This document shows positions 27,925 through 37,444 of a stretch of 64,000 nucleotides of DNA, in pieces. Position 1 is the first letter of the stretch; each line of letters opens with the position of its first letter. The position numbers and the translations under genes are program-made. Below the pieces are notes generated by a model. That model was not told where the DNA came from, ran no database searches, and saw nothing but the letters and a program-made list of their open reading frames with translations. The stretch is taken from NCBI GenBank assembly GCA_964547465.1, contig CAZJNI010000006.1, positions 2,505 through 66,504 of the forward strand, in the 5' to 3' direction. This DNA comes from an uncultured Gammaproteobacteria bacterium (GTDB taxonomy: Bacteria; Patescibacteriota; Microgenomatia; Daviesbacterales; UBA10151).

Positions 27925-29238
27925 ATGAAAATAAAAGACAGACTTACAAAAATTTCCCCGGGGCCAATTTTGTTTTTTATCGTAATTTTTGCGCTGGGAG
28001 TAGGCTTTGGGTATTCATATGTTTCAAAAATTTCTCCAAGCACACAAAAAGTGACTGCGGAGAAGAACACACCAAAGGCTTTTCTGGAAGAATCTTATGA
28101 CAAGATAAAAGATAACTTCTGGGATAATATTTCAGATGGACAACTAATTGATCTTTTCAGGCTGGCTGCAGAGAGAAACGGTTCAAAGCCTCTACCTATA
28201 AAGATAGAAAATAAAAATGAACTCATAACAGCTTTAATTTCAACCCAAAACGACCTTTCTGCTGATCTTAAACCTAAGTTCATTCCAACTGTTTTAGGAA
28301 CAGTTTTAGCCTCTTTAAATCCTGCCGGCAGATCCGGCCTTTTTACAACCAAACAGGAGGAGCAGCTTAAAAATACAGTGGATAATGTCAATCCGGAGAA
28401 GGATTTGTATAAAGATTTAGGAGTTTCAAAAGGCGCATCAGAAGCTGCCGTGGCAGATGCATTTCAGAAACAGGAAGCAGAGTTAAAAAGTAAAAATACT
28501 CCGGAAGCAGCCCAAAAGCTTAAGGAAATTGCCTATGCCAAAGATGTCTTAACCAAAAAAGATACCAAAGCCAGATATGACAGTGCACAAGTGGAACCCA
28601 CTATTTTTACAAAAGTAGTCTCATCAGGCATACTTTATCTGCAGTTTAAAAAATTCTCTCCTACATCTTTGGATGAGTTTGTCAAAGCTTTTGATTCATA
28701 CACAGACAACTCGTCACTTTCCGGCCTGATTTTTGATTTAAGAGGCAATATCGGAGGGGCAATTGATGCAACTGCCTACTTTTTAGGCTACTTTTTGGGA
28801 AAAGGCCAGTATGCTTTTGATTTTTATCACAAAGGGGAATACCTACCGTTTAAAACAGCCACAGATAAACTGCCCAGTATTTCCAAATATAAACAAATTG
28901 TTATCCTGGTTGATAATCAAACCCAATCTTCAGCAGAAATGATGGCGGCCAGTTTTAAAAAATATCATGTGGGAATAGTAGTAGGGGTTCCTACCAAGGG
29001 ATGGGGGACAGTGGAGCGGGTTTTTGCGCTGGATAATCAAATAGATCCAAAAGAGAAATACTCAATATTTTTGGTTCATTCCATAACTTTAAGGGATGAT
29101 AATCAGCCAATTGAGGGAAGAGGTGTTGATCCTGATATAAACATTACAAATGCCAATTGGGAGGATCAATTATTTTCATATGTCAGGAATAATCAATTAA
29201 TTGAGGCTGTGAAAAATATTCTAGCCATCCCACTTTAA
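27925..29238 (+). CDS. S41 family peptidase with J-domain-like insert
   Basis: DLRGNIGG, TQSSAEM and IEGRGVDPD (S41); internal DLYKDLGVSKGAS...EIAYAKDVL.....ARYD (J-like). Confidence 0.8.
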   Translation: MKIKDRLTKISPGPILFFIVIFALGVGFGYSYVSKISPSTQKVTAEKNTPKAFLEESYDKIKDNFWDNISDGQLIDLFRLAAERNGSKPLPIKIENKNELITALISTQNDLSADLKPKFIPTVLGTVLASLNPAGRSGLFTTKQEEQLKNTVDNVNPEKDLYKDLGVSKGASEAAVADAFQKQEAELKSKNTPEAAQKLKEIAYAKDVLTKKDTKARYDSAQVEPTIFTKVVSSGILYLQFKKFSPTSLDEFVKAFDSYTDNSSLSGLIFDLRGNIGGAIDATAYFLGYFLGKGQYAFDFYHKGEYLPFKTATDKLPSISKYKQIVILVDNQTQSSAEMMAASFKKYHVGIVVGVPTKGWGTVERVFALDNQIDPKEKYSIFLVHSITLRDDNQPIEGRGVDPDINITNANWEDQLFSYVRNNQLIEAVKNILAIPL

Positions 29239-29270
29239 TTTCCCATCAAATTAGCGTATAATTAACAGTC

Positions 29271-31094
29271 ATGAAAAATATAAGCACGACTCCGCGAGTA
29301 AGAAATGTTGCAATAATTGCCCATGTTGATCATGGTAAAACCACTCTGGTAGATGCCATGCTTAGGCAAACTATGGTCAAAATCTCCAAAGAAACAGCTG
29401 AAAAGGGAGATTTAATCATGGATTCAAATGACCTGGAGCGGGAAAGAGGGATTACAATTTTTTCCAAAAATGCTTCTGTTCATTACAAAGATACCAAAAT
29501 AAATATCATAGATACCCCGGGCCATGCTGATTTTGGAGGGGAAGTTGAAAGGGTTTTAAAAATGGCAGATGGGGCGCTACTTTTAATTGATGCCAAAGAA
29601 GGACCAATGCCTCAAACCAGGTTTGTTTTGAAAAAAGCTTTGGAACTCGGTCATAAAGTCATTGTTGTTATAAACAAAATAGATAAGAAAGATGCCAGGA
29701 TTGAATATGTGATTAATAAAACCTTTGATTTATTTTTGGAGCTGGGTGCAGATGAAGAAACTGCTTACTTTCCTACCATTTATGCCTCCGGAAAGCAGGG
29801 AAAAGCAGGATTGGCAGCTGATCTTTCTAAAATGAGCGATATTTCCCCGGTTTTTGATGCTATTTTAAAATATATACCGGCTCCTTTGGCAGAAGATGAT
29901 AAACCGCTGCAAATTCTAATCACTAATACAGCCTATGATAATTTTAAAGGCCGGATGGCCACAGGTAGGGTTTATGCCGGAGTAGTTAAAGCAAGTCAAG
30001 AAATAGCCCATATTAACCGTGAAGGGGAGATAAAAAAATTCAAACTGACTTCCCTGATGGGATTTGAGGGACTTGAAAGAGTGGATATTGCGGAGGCTCA
30101 TGCCGGGGATATTATTGCTCTTTCAGGTATTCCGGATATAACTATTGGGGAAACAATTGCAGATCCGGGGAGCCCTGTTGCCTTACCTGTTCTGGAAATT
30201 GAGCCATCTACAGTCAGGATGAGGTTTGGAGTTAATTCTTCACCCCTTGCAGGCCGTGAGGGAGAGTTTAAAACAGCCAGACAAATTCAGGAAAGATTAC
30301 TTAAGGCGGCTGAATCTGACGTGGCGCTAAAAGTAGAATCCACAGGTAGCGAATGGATTGTGTCAGGCAGGGGTGAGCTCCATTTAGCCATACTTATTGA
30401 GACAATGCGGAGAGAAGGATATGAGTTCCAGGTAGGTAAACCACAGGTTATTGAAAAAATCGAAAACGGGAAAACGCTGACTCCGGTTGAAAAGCTGGCT
30501 TTAGAGGTACCGGAGGAGTTTTCAGGTTCAGTTATGCAGAAAATGGGGTTAAGGCATGGGGAACTGATAGATATGACAACTGACTCGCCTCGCTCCGCGG
30601 GCGGAGCGGGAAATAATATAGTTTATATGGAATTTATTATTGCCACTAAAGAGCTTTTTGGTTATAGATCTCAATTTATAACAGATACCAAAGGCTTGGG
30701 GATTATTTCTTCTTCTTTCTTAGAATATAGACTGGATTCCGGGGGAAGTTTTAAAAGAAATAACGGCTCTCTGGTAGTACATGAATCAGGCTCAACAAAG
30801 CTATATGCCCTAACAGGTGCACAGGATCGGGGGACACTTTTTGTAGGAGCCGGACTGGAGGTTTATAAAGGCCAGGTAATTGGACGAAACAGCAGAGAAG
30901 ATGATATCTGGATAAATGTTTGCAAAGAAAAACAACAGACAAATCACAGATCATCCGGTGAGGGCACTGCAGAGCATTTTAATAGTCCAAAATTGATGAG
31001 CCTGGAAAATGCCATTGAATATATTGATGACAGTGAGTTAGTAGAGGTTACTCCCAAAAATATCAGAATCCGCAAGATAGATTTGGCAGCCTAA
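29271..31094 (+). CDS. typA: translational GTPase TypA/BipA
   Basis: AHVDHGKTT, DTPGHADFGGEVER, GRGELHL and ELVEVTPKNIRIRK. Confidence 0.97.
   Translation: MKNISTTPRVRNVAIIAHVDHGKTTLVDAMLRQTMVKISKETAEKGDLIMDSNDLERERGITIFSKNASVHYKDTKINIIDTPGHADFGGEVERVLKMADGALLLIDAKEGPMPQTRFVLKKALELGHKVIVVINKIDKKDARIEYVINKTFDLFLELGADEETAYFPTIYASGKQGKAGLAADLSKMSDISPVFDAILKYIPAPLAEDDKPLQILITNTAYDNFKGRMATGRVYAGVVKASQEIAHINREGEIKKFKLTSLMGFEGLERVDIAEAHAGDIIALSGIPDITIGETIADPGSPVALPVLEIEPSTVRMRFGVNSSPLAGREGEFKTARQIQERLLKAAESDVALKVESTGSEWIVSGRGELHLAILIETMRREGYEFQVGKPQVIEKIENGKTLTPVEKLALEVPEEFSGSVMQKMGLRHGELIDMTTDSPRSAGGAGNNIVYMEFIIATKELFGYRSQFITDTKGLGIISSSFLEYRLDSGGSFKRNNGSLVVHESGSTKLYALTGAQDRGTLFVGAGLEVYKGQVIGRNSREDDIWINVCKEKQQTNHRSSGEGTAEHFNSPKLMSLENAIEYIDDSELVEVTPKNIRIRKIDLAA
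30591..30608. repeat. GC-rich hairpin in frame in typA
   Basis: cgctccgc-gg-gcggagcg; lies within DSPRSAGGAG. Confidence 0.6.
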
Positions 31095-31148
31095 GTTTAA
31101 TTTTTGTGGAATAATCTTGAAAAATAGGGTATAATATTTCAATTAAAT

Positions 31149-31436
31149 ATGGTCTCAAAGGATAATAAATTAACCAAAGAAGAACGTGAAGCAGCTGCGG
31201 CAAAAGCTCATGAAGTTTCCGAAAGATTATTTAAACTGGTGGTCAAAATAATCAGGTGGGAGACAGAATTACCTAATTCTAATTTAGGAAAACCAAAAGA
31301 AAAAATCACCCGGGATGAATGGAAAACATATGAAAAACATATCTTGAGAATTTCCACATCCGAGCGGGAAGAAAGAGTAAAAGAGAAAATAGGGGAAACC
31401 TATCAGGCCATAAAAAGCCACAGGGGCTTTCAGTAA
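31149..31436 (+). CDS. hypothetical protein
   Basis: 95-aa ORF with TATAAT upstream. Confidence 0.55.
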   Translation: MVSKDNKLTKEEREAAAAKAHEVSERLFKLVVKIIRWETELPNSNLGKPKEKITRDEWKTYEKHILRISTSEREERVKEKIGETYQAIKSHRGFQ

Positions 31437-31559
31437 ATTTAAAACTCAGCGTAAAACAAAACTTTAATGGCTTCAGGTATGCCATATTCTTGGATTATAT
31501 CAATGAGACTGTTTGATAATTTGACAGAATAGGATTTCAGCCTTAGAATTACCTCCATT

Positions 31560-32033
31560 ATGGCTGACACAGAAAGATTACCACTTTATACTCCCGGAAG
31601 TATTACCTGGGAAGAATATAATGAAGGCGGGAGAAATGAACAAATTTATGAACTTAATTTTATAGTACAAAAAGTAGCGGAAAAATATGGCTTGTATTTT
31701 AGAACAGTTGCAGCTTTGCATCTTGTAGATAATATACCAATCGATCACCTAAATCCTTTATTAAGCTCATTTGAAAATCTTAGGCGGTACAAGAAAAAGA
31801 ATGAATCAACAGAGGAAATAATTTATCAAGATCAAGTTTCACTTCAGGCTGTAACTGAAGTATACAGATTTTTAGATGGAGATATTGTTAAATTAAGAAC
31901 TACTACTAGCAGAGTTAAAAAGCAAGCAGAAAATACTGAACTAAGAAAAGGCTTGTATAATGACCTTTTAGCTAAAGTTGTTTTAGTAAATAACGTAATC
32001 ACAGATTCCACCCCTGGGGTGGAAATAGGATGA
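31560..32033 (+). CDS. hypothetical protein
   Basis: 157-aa ORF preceded by ttgaca-N17-tagaat. Confidence 0.6.
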   Translation: MADTERLPLYTPGSITWEEYNEGGRNEQIYELNFIVQKVAEKYGLYFRTVAALHLVDNIPIDHLNPLLSSFENLRRYKKKNESTEEIIYQDQVSLQAVTEVYRFLDGDIVKLRTTTSRVKKQAENTELRKGLYNDLLAKVVLVNNVITDSTPGVEIG

Positions 32034-32066
32034 CACCTCGGGATTTTTGACTCTTTTTGTGCCTAG

Positions 32067-32137
32067 CTGCGGGACATGGATTCGAACCATGATAGATAGC
32101 TCCAAAGGCTATCGTCCTACCATTAGACGATCCCGCA
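32067..32137 (-). tRNA. tRNA-Gln(TTG)
   Basis: Anticodon arm ATAGC-CT TTG GA-GCTAT. Confidence 0.95.
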
Positions 32138-32173
32138 ATATTAAATATTATACCTAAGGAGGGGGAACAAAAT

Positions 32174-32437
32174 CTACCGTACTTGTCTTGAAGTAATTAC
32201 TAAAGAAGCATTTACGCAATCATCAAGCATACTTCTCTTTGACAGACTCGTATAAGGAGGGCTATCCTGTCCCACTTGTTCTCGTCTTGAAGCAATCAGC
32301 TGATTATCCGAACCAACAGTAATATGAAATTCTTGAAGATCTAGTGCATACGGACGTAGAGGACAAGTCCCAGGACAATCTTTTTTTTCTTCAAGTAGAT
32401 CATTTAGAGCGCAAGGAATTTGAACTTCTTTCCTCAT
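32174..32437 (-). CDS. hypothetical protein (Cys-containing)
   Basis: 87-aa ORF with CPGTCP; -10-like TATACT close to the ATG. Confidence 0.45.
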   Translation of the reverse strand: MRKEVQIPCALNDLLEEKKDCPGTCPLRPYALDLQEFHITVGSDNQLIASRREQVGQDSPPYTSLSKRSMLDDCVNASLVITSRQVR

Positions 32438-32457
32438 TCGGCAAGTATAACATACTC

Positions 32458-32706
32458 CTACACTAAATATACTTCAGTTCCTGGCTTGGTTGGTTTATCA
32501 ACCTTAACGCCAAAAGAATCTCCTTTTTTTACCTTTATTACACTTTCATGATCAACTTGCAGCGATTCTATTTTTTGACTAAATTCCTCATCTCCTCTTT
32601 TAAATTTCACTTCATCACCAACCTTCAGTCCACCTTTATCCAGATCTATAATTGCGACTCCTAATTTATCATAGAAATGTACAACTTTTCCCACTGGTTT
32701 ATCCAA
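32458..32706 (-). CDS. EF-Tu domain-2-like / U32 C-terminal beta-barrel protein
   Basis: VGKVVHFYDKLGVA...LKVGD...SLQVDH...GDSFGVKV; SD AAGGAGG favours TTG at 32706. Confidence 0.75.
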   Translation of the reverse strand: MDKPVGKVVHFYDKLGVAIIDLDKGGLKVGDEVKFKRGDEEFSQKIESLQVDHESVIKVKKGDSFGVKVDKPTKPGTEVYLV

Positions 32707-32794
32707 ATAAATCACCTCCTTTTAAACATATTATACTCTACTTGACATTTACTCCAGGGATATGTCTATGATGGATTAGAGGGGGTGATAAAAC

Positions 32795-32986
32795 TTGAAT
32801 CAAAAACAATTAGTTGGTTGGGTCCTGGCTGTTGCTGCCATTAACTGGGGCTTGGTAGGAGTATTGAATATTAATTTGGTTGAACTTATTTTAGGTTCCG
32901 GGTCAGTACTTACCAAGGTGGTTTATGGAGTAATAGGTTTGGTAGGAGTTTACAAGGTCTATTTAATGACCATGTCAAAAAAGTAA
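32795..32986 (+). CDS. DUF378 family membrane protein
   Basis: AINWGLVG...NLV..I.G....L..VVY..IG. Confidence 0.85.
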   Translation: MNQKQLVGWVLAVAAINWGLVGVLNINLVELILGSGSVLTKVVYGVIGLVGVYKVYLMTMSKK

Positions 32987-33014
32987 TCTGTCCACAAAGG
33001 TTTGGAAATTATTT

Positions 33015-33045
33015 AATCCCGCACTACTTTGGTGCGGGATTTTTG
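33015..33045 (+). terminator. intrinsic terminator hairpin
   Basis: aatcccgcac-tactttg-gtgcgggatt followed by a T run, between a convergent CDS and tRNA. Confidence 0.7.
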
Positions 33046-33120
33046 TGGAGCGGCGGACCGGATTTGGACCGGCGACCTCCTACTTGGCAAGCAGGCATTC
33101 TACCACTGAACTACCGCCGC
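33046..33120 (-). tRNA. tRNA-Gly(GCC)
   Basis: Anticodon loop TT GCC AA; CCA encoded; T-loop TCCAAAT. Confidence 0.95.
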
Positions 33121-33126
33121 AAAAAG

Positions 33127-33199
33127 TGCCGAAGCGGTGAATCGGACACCGATAACGTGTTCTTCAGACACGCGCCTTGACCACATTGGCAACTTCGGC
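33127..33199 (-). tRNA. tRNA-Phe(GAA)
   Basis: Anticodon arm CGTGT-CT GAA GA-ACACG; T-loop TCCGATT. Confidence 0.92.
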
Positions 33200-33258
33200 A
33201 AACATGCTAGATTCTACGTTTTTTGACAAAAAAAGGCAAGGTTCCACCTTATAAATTC

Positions 33259-34362
33259 CTATCGTTGCTCTTCTTTAAATCCCTGGCCTAATAAAAACCA
33301 AAATGCCACCAGCGTAGCAACTGATGCAGGATTAAATAAAAGAACAAAAATTAATCCTAAAAGAGTTGTTATCTCCAAACTTTTTTTAGCCTTAATTAAT
33401 CCTTTTAGGCTCAAAATCACCATCAAAACTACTGCTCCCAAACCAATTATTCCACCCTGAACAAAGTAATCAAGTAAAAAATTATGGCTTGAGTCTATAT
33501 ATTGAAACCTAATATTATTATTTAGCTTTTGTGACGAATTGTATAAAGCATTATCAATATTGCCAAAACCCTTACCAAAAATCATATTTTGGGAGCCACT
33601 GAAAATAGCTGTTTTCCAAATCTCGCTTCTGTTTTCAAACCAGCCGCCACCTTCTATAAAGGGGAGAATAAGTGAGATAAAAATAAAAAGGGCTGCAACT
33701 ATTAATGCTTTTTTAAAACCAAAGTTAAATTTAACAAGCATTAAAAATATTATTTGCATACCAAATGCCAAAAAGCCGGAACGTGATCCGGATAGTAAAA
33801 TTATGGCCAAAGCCGCAAATAAAACACCTAATTTTAAAAGTTTATTTAAAAGATTATTTTTAAGTTTAAAGAAAAGAGCATATGGCCAGAAAAATATGGC
33901 AGAGGAGGCCAGGGCATTTGCCTCACCCAAAGTTCCAATAGCTCTTCCGGTTTCATCAGGTTCTACTAAAAATGAGCTTAGGAGCAAAAAACCTAAACTT
34001 ATGGGAAAAAGGATCCTTGGAAACTTATCTATATTTAGCCTGGAACTTAGCAGTGATAGGGCTATTAAATTCCAAAGTAAAAATATCCCCTGCAGCCTGA
34101 ATTGATTTCCGAAGAAAATCTGATTACTTTTAAGAAAAAATATATTAAAAATAGTTAAAGTAAATAAAACAGCAGATAAAATTAGTTGAGATTTATTTAG
34201 GGATTTAAGTAATGAAGTTTTTTTTAAAAAAGTTATTAGTAAAAGAGTCTCAATTAAAATTTCTGCAAAAATAACTTTAGGGGGTTCAAAGAAAAAATCA
34301 CTAAAAGGATTAATAATAAACGGTGTAAGAAAAATTAAACAGGATAATAAAAAATAGGACAC
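33259..34362 (-). CDS. O-antigen ligase (Wzy_C)-like membrane protein
   Basis: GTLGEAN, SGSRSG, R.EIW, GKGFG and SHNFLLD. Confidence 0.85.
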   Translation of the reverse strand: MSYFLLSCLIFLTPFIINPFSDFFFEPPKVIFAEILIETLLLITFLKKTSLLKSLNKSQLILSAVLFTLTIFNIFFLKSNQIFFGNQFRLQGIFLLWNLIALSLLSSRLNIDKFPRILFPISLGFLLLSSFLVEPDETGRAIGTLGEANALASSAIFFWPYALFFKLKNNLLNKLLKLGVLFAALAIILLSGSRSGFLAFGMQIIFLMLVKFNFGFKKALIVAALFIFISLILPFIEGGGWFENRSEIWKTAIFSGSQNMIFGKGFGNIDNALYNSSQKLNNNIRFQYIDSSHNFLLDYFVQGGIIGLGAVVLMVILSLKGLIKAKKSLEITTLLGLIFVLLFNPASVATLVAFWFLLGQGFKEEQR

Positions 34363-34384
34363 AATCTTAATATAACACTTAATA

Positions 34385-34612
34385 TTAGTTTATATTTAAG
34401 ATTCTCCCCAAACCGTTGTAAGATATTTGAGAGCTGTTATGACCTTTACCTTTAGGAGAAGTTGCAGGTTTTGGTGTGTTTTTTGGAGACGTTGCAGGCT
34501 TTTTAGCATTAGCAGTGTCAACAAAGATTACCTGTGACAGGGTAACTGCCAACATTATTACAAAGCTTAAAATAATTACTGCTTTTTTATTCATAAGTGG
34601 TAAAGTATACAT
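34385..34612 (-). CDS. small secreted basic protein with KPATSPK repeat
   Basis: Signal peptide and KPATSPK twice. Confidence 0.55.
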   Translation of the reverse strand: MYTLPLMNKKAVIILSFVIMLAVTLSQVIFVDTANAKKPATSPKNTPKPATSPKGKGHNSSQISYNGLGRILNIN

Positions 34613-34648
34613 GAAAAGTATCCCTTTGTCAACTATAGGTTACCCGGG

Positions 34649-36385
34649 TTATTTTACAGTCACGCTTTTGGCCAGGTTTCTTGGTTTATCCGGATTTAGA
34701 CCTAATTTAGTGGCTAAGAAATAGCCTAAAAATTGAGCAAAAACAATATGGGGTAAAACAGATGATGCTCCCACATCTTTTACTTTAAAAAAGTAATCAA
34801 ATACCTCACCCTTTTCTACTCCAACCCCAATCACAAAAGCACCTCTGGCTTTTACTTCCTCCGCATTTGCCAAAATTGCAGATTTTGTCTCATCATTTGG
34901 TACAAAGACAATTACAGGTGTACCCTTATCAATTAAAGCAATACAGCCATGTTTTAACTCACCGGATGCAAAACCTTCCGCATGTATATATGAAGTCTCC
35001 TTAATCTTAAGAGTTGCCTCTAATGCTACTGGATAAGACAGGCCCCTTCCTAAAACAAAAATATGCTTAGACCTATATATTTTTTTAGTAAGAATTTTAA
35101 TCTCTTCCTGCCTTTTAATAATCTCTTCTATTTCTTTAGCGCTGTCTTCAACTACTTTAACTCCCAAATCTAGTTTGCCGGCAACGCCATATGCATAAAG
35201 CAGCATATTAGCCACCATAGCTATAACTGCTTTTGTTGATGCTACTGCTTTTTCAGGTCCGGCATTCAAAAGATGTTTTAAATCTACCGTTCGATAGAGT
35301 GTGGAACCTAATGTGTTTGTAAGAGCTACAATTTTTGCTCCTCTTTGTTTAGCATGAGCCACTGGTTCAACAACATCAATTGTTTCACCACTTTGTGATA
35401 CTGCTATAAGCAGGCTTTTATTAGTTAAAAAATCCTCTGTATAATTAAATTCAGAACCTATTGAAAAATTTACGTGTTTTTTGGCTATTTTCGAAAATGC
35501 ATATTCACCCAGAAGACAAGTGTATGAAGCAGAACCACAACCAATAAAATAAGTCCCATGTGCTGATTTTATCTCTTCAACTATTTTTTCCACTGAATCT
35601 AAACTTTGAATCTGGTTGTATAAAACCTTTGGCTGTTCATAAATTTCTTTAAGCATAAAGTGAGGGAATTTTTCCATATCAGCTTTGCTGTATTCCCACT
35701 CAATTAAGCTAAATTCAGCTTCTATTTCATTTAAGTCTTCTACCTCATAAAGTTTAAGCTTAGAATTTAAAACAACCATTTGGCCATCTTCTAAAAAGAT
35801 TAATTTATTAGTTAAGGGAAGCAGGGCATTTGGATCAGAAGCTACCAAAAACCCGTCACTTGTCTGTCCAACTACCAAAGGTGAACCAATCTTGCAAGCA
35901 ATAATTTCTTTGCCATCAGAAACCACAATGGCAGATAAGCCTTCTAGTTTATTAAAGACTTTTGCTACAGCCTCTCTTAAGCTACCTTTTTCCTGTTCTA
36001 TTAAATGGATAATAACTTCAGAATCTGTTTCAGACTTAAGATTATGATTTTTTAAGCTTTTTTTAAGTTCCAGATAATTTTCTACAATTCCGTTGTGAAT
36101 CAGGACTAACTTATTATCACAGCTGGAATGTGGATGTGCATTTTCTACAGTTACTCCACCATGAGTGGCCCATCTGGTATGACCAATGGAAATATTTGAG
36201 GCTGGAAACTGAAAGCTTGAAGGTAGAAAACCAATTTTCTTTTCCAATTTCCATCTTCCATCATCTACCTTCCAGTATGCTACTCCCCAGGAATCATAAC
36301 CCCTGTATTCAATATCAATAAGCCCACTAAAAACTATCTGCGGAGCATTATTTTTTTTACCAACATACCCAAAAATCCCACACAT
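34649..36385 (-). CDS. glmS: glutamine--fructose-6-phosphate aminotransferase
   Basis: MCGIFG, HTRWATHG, SQSGET and PRNLAKSVT. Confidence 0.98.
   Translation of the reverse strand: MCGIFGYVGKKNNAPQIVFSGLIDIEYRGYDSWGVAYWKVDDGRWKLEKKIGFLPSSFQFPASNISIGHTRWATHGGVTVENAHPHSSCDNKLVLIHNGIVENYLELKKSLKNHNLKSETDSEVIIHLIEQEKGSLREAVAKVFNKLEGLSAIVVSDGKEIIACKIGSPLVVGQTSDGFLVASDPNALLPLTNKLIFLEDGQMVVLNSKLKLYEVEDLNEIEAEFSLIEWEYSKADMEKFPHFMLKEIYEQPKVLYNQIQSLDSVEKIVEEIKSAHGTYFIGCGSASYTCLLGEYAFSKIAKKHVNFSIGSEFNYTEDFLTNKSLLIAVSQSGETIDVVEPVAHAKQRGAKIVALTNTLGSTLYRTVDLKHLLNAGPEKAVASTKAVIAMVANMLLYAYGVAGKLDLGVKVVEDSAKEIEEIIKRQEEIKILTKKIYRSKHIFVLGRGLSYPVALEATLKIKETSYIHAEGFASGELKHGCIALIDKGTPVIVFVPNDETKSAILANAEEVKARGAFVIGVGVEKGEVFDYFFKVKDVGASSVLPHIVFAQFLGYFLATKLGLNPDKPRNLAKSVTVK
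36201..36275. repeat. inverted pair of degenerate heptamer arrays in frame in glmS
   Basis: gctggaa/actgaaa/gcttgaa and ttccaat/ttccatc/ttccatc/atctacc/ttccag; encodes WKVDDGRWKLEK...SSFQFPAS. Confidence 0.55.
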
Positions 36386-36420
36386 ATCCGGAAATTATAA
36401 CATGCTAAAGCACTCTATTG

Positions 36421-36462
36421 TGGACGGTGAGGGATTTGAACCCCCGACATCTTAGGTGTGAA
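36421..36462 (-). pseudogene. 3' half of tRNA-Val(CAC)
   Basis: TT CAC AC-CTAAG-ATGTC-GGGGG TTCAAAT CCCTC-ACCGTCC-A; no matching 5' half found. Confidence 0.75.
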
Positions 36463-37122
36463 TTAGTAAGAATTATATACACCTTTTACCCATCCACAAA
36501 TTCTAAGGAAAAGTCCTGTGTTACATATGTATATATCAAAAGTACCATGAGGTAACGAGTCTTTTTTCTGTTTACTACCTTTATTCATCTTTCTATATGT
36601 TTTGTAAAATTGTTTTAGAGGTATTTTACTAATTGATGACCAATATTTTTCAGCTGTTTTATAATCCTGGTGAGGATGAATATGAATTTGTCCCCTAAAT
36701 TTTTCATCTGGGACTTTACATATTGCCCTAAAGAAAAACATCATTAGCCTTATCATCTCAGGATCACTATTTGTAAATTGTACTAAATTACGATGGGTTT
36801 TACTACCCTCTGCCCAATAAAGCATAGTACCTATTAACCACAATTCTTTGCTTGATAATCTTTTAACATCTTTTTTAGCCTTTTCAATGATTAATTGCTT
36901 TTTATCAAACTCATTTTTTAAACGGGTAGACCTACGTTGTTCAATTACACTTCTCAACATCCCTTTTTTAAGAATCTTTCTTTTCTGTATTTCACTTAAT
37001 GCAATACTCCTAACCCATTTACTTACTGTACTTTTAGAAACTCCCAGAGAATTTTTGATCTCTTTCAACGATAGACCTGCTTGTCGCAATCTAATTGCCT
37101 CTTGCTTTTCTTCTAACTTCAT
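36463..37122 (-). CDS. N-terminal HTH + LAGLIDADG-like endonuclease-fold protein
   Basis: AIRLRQAGLSLKEI...GVSKSTVSKW (HTH); LIGTMLYWAEGS and FTNSDPEMI (LAGLIDADG-like). Confidence 0.7.
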   Translation of the reverse strand: MKLEEKQEAIRLRQAGLSLKEIKNSLGVSKSTVSKWVRSIALSEIQKRKILKKGMLRSVIEQRRSTRLKNEFDKKQLIIEKAKKDVKRLSSKELWLIGTMLYWAEGSKTHRNLVQFTNSDPEMIRLMMFFFRAICKVPDEKFRGQIHIHPHQDYKTAEKYWSSISKIPLKQFYKTYRKMNKGSKQKKDSLPHGTFDIYICNTGLFLRICGWVKGVYNSY

Positions 37123-37187
37123 ATATTTATAGAACCTTTGAATATTATATTAAGTATAGTATAAAACAGAAGTTCGAAAAATAAAAG

Positions 37188-37260
37188 TGCGCGCTGAGGG
37201 GCTCGAACCCCCGACAACCGCAGTGTAAATGCGGTGCTCTACCAGCTGAGCTAAGCGCGC
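37188..37260 (-). tRNA. tRNA-Val(TAC)
   Basis: Anticodon arm CCGCA-TT TAC AC-TGCGG. Confidence 0.95.
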
Positions 37261-37280
37261 TTAATACTATATTATACTCT

Positions 37281-37364
37281 TGGTGGGCGAGAGAGGAGTC
37301 GAACCTCCACACCTTTCGGCACTACCACCTCAAGGTAGCGTGTATACCATTTCACCACTCGCCC
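37281..37364 (-). tRNA. tRNA-Leu(GAG)
   Basis: Anticodon arm CTACC-TT GAG GT-GGTAG; CCA encoded. Confidence 0.95.
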
Positions 37365-37409
37365 TTTTGTGTAAGTATTATACTTAATGCTCACTTAATT
37401 TTAAAGATC

Positions 37410-37438
37410 TTGACATTATGTACATAACGTACTAATAT
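37410..37438 (+). promoter_or_regulatory. toxin-antitoxin promoter with palindromic operator
   Basis: TTGACA (37410), perfect palindrome TTATGTACATAA (37416-37427), then TAATAT at 17-nt spacing. Confidence 0.7.
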
Positions 37439-37444
37439 CAAAAT

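Noticed and set aside
36361-37187. Intact intron-containing or permuted tRNA-Val(CAC)
   Set aside because: No GGACGGT acceptor 5' strand or D-arm is present on either side. The downstream TAGAGTGCTTTAG could pair with the anticodon stem but lacks an acceptor strand, so it is probably chance.
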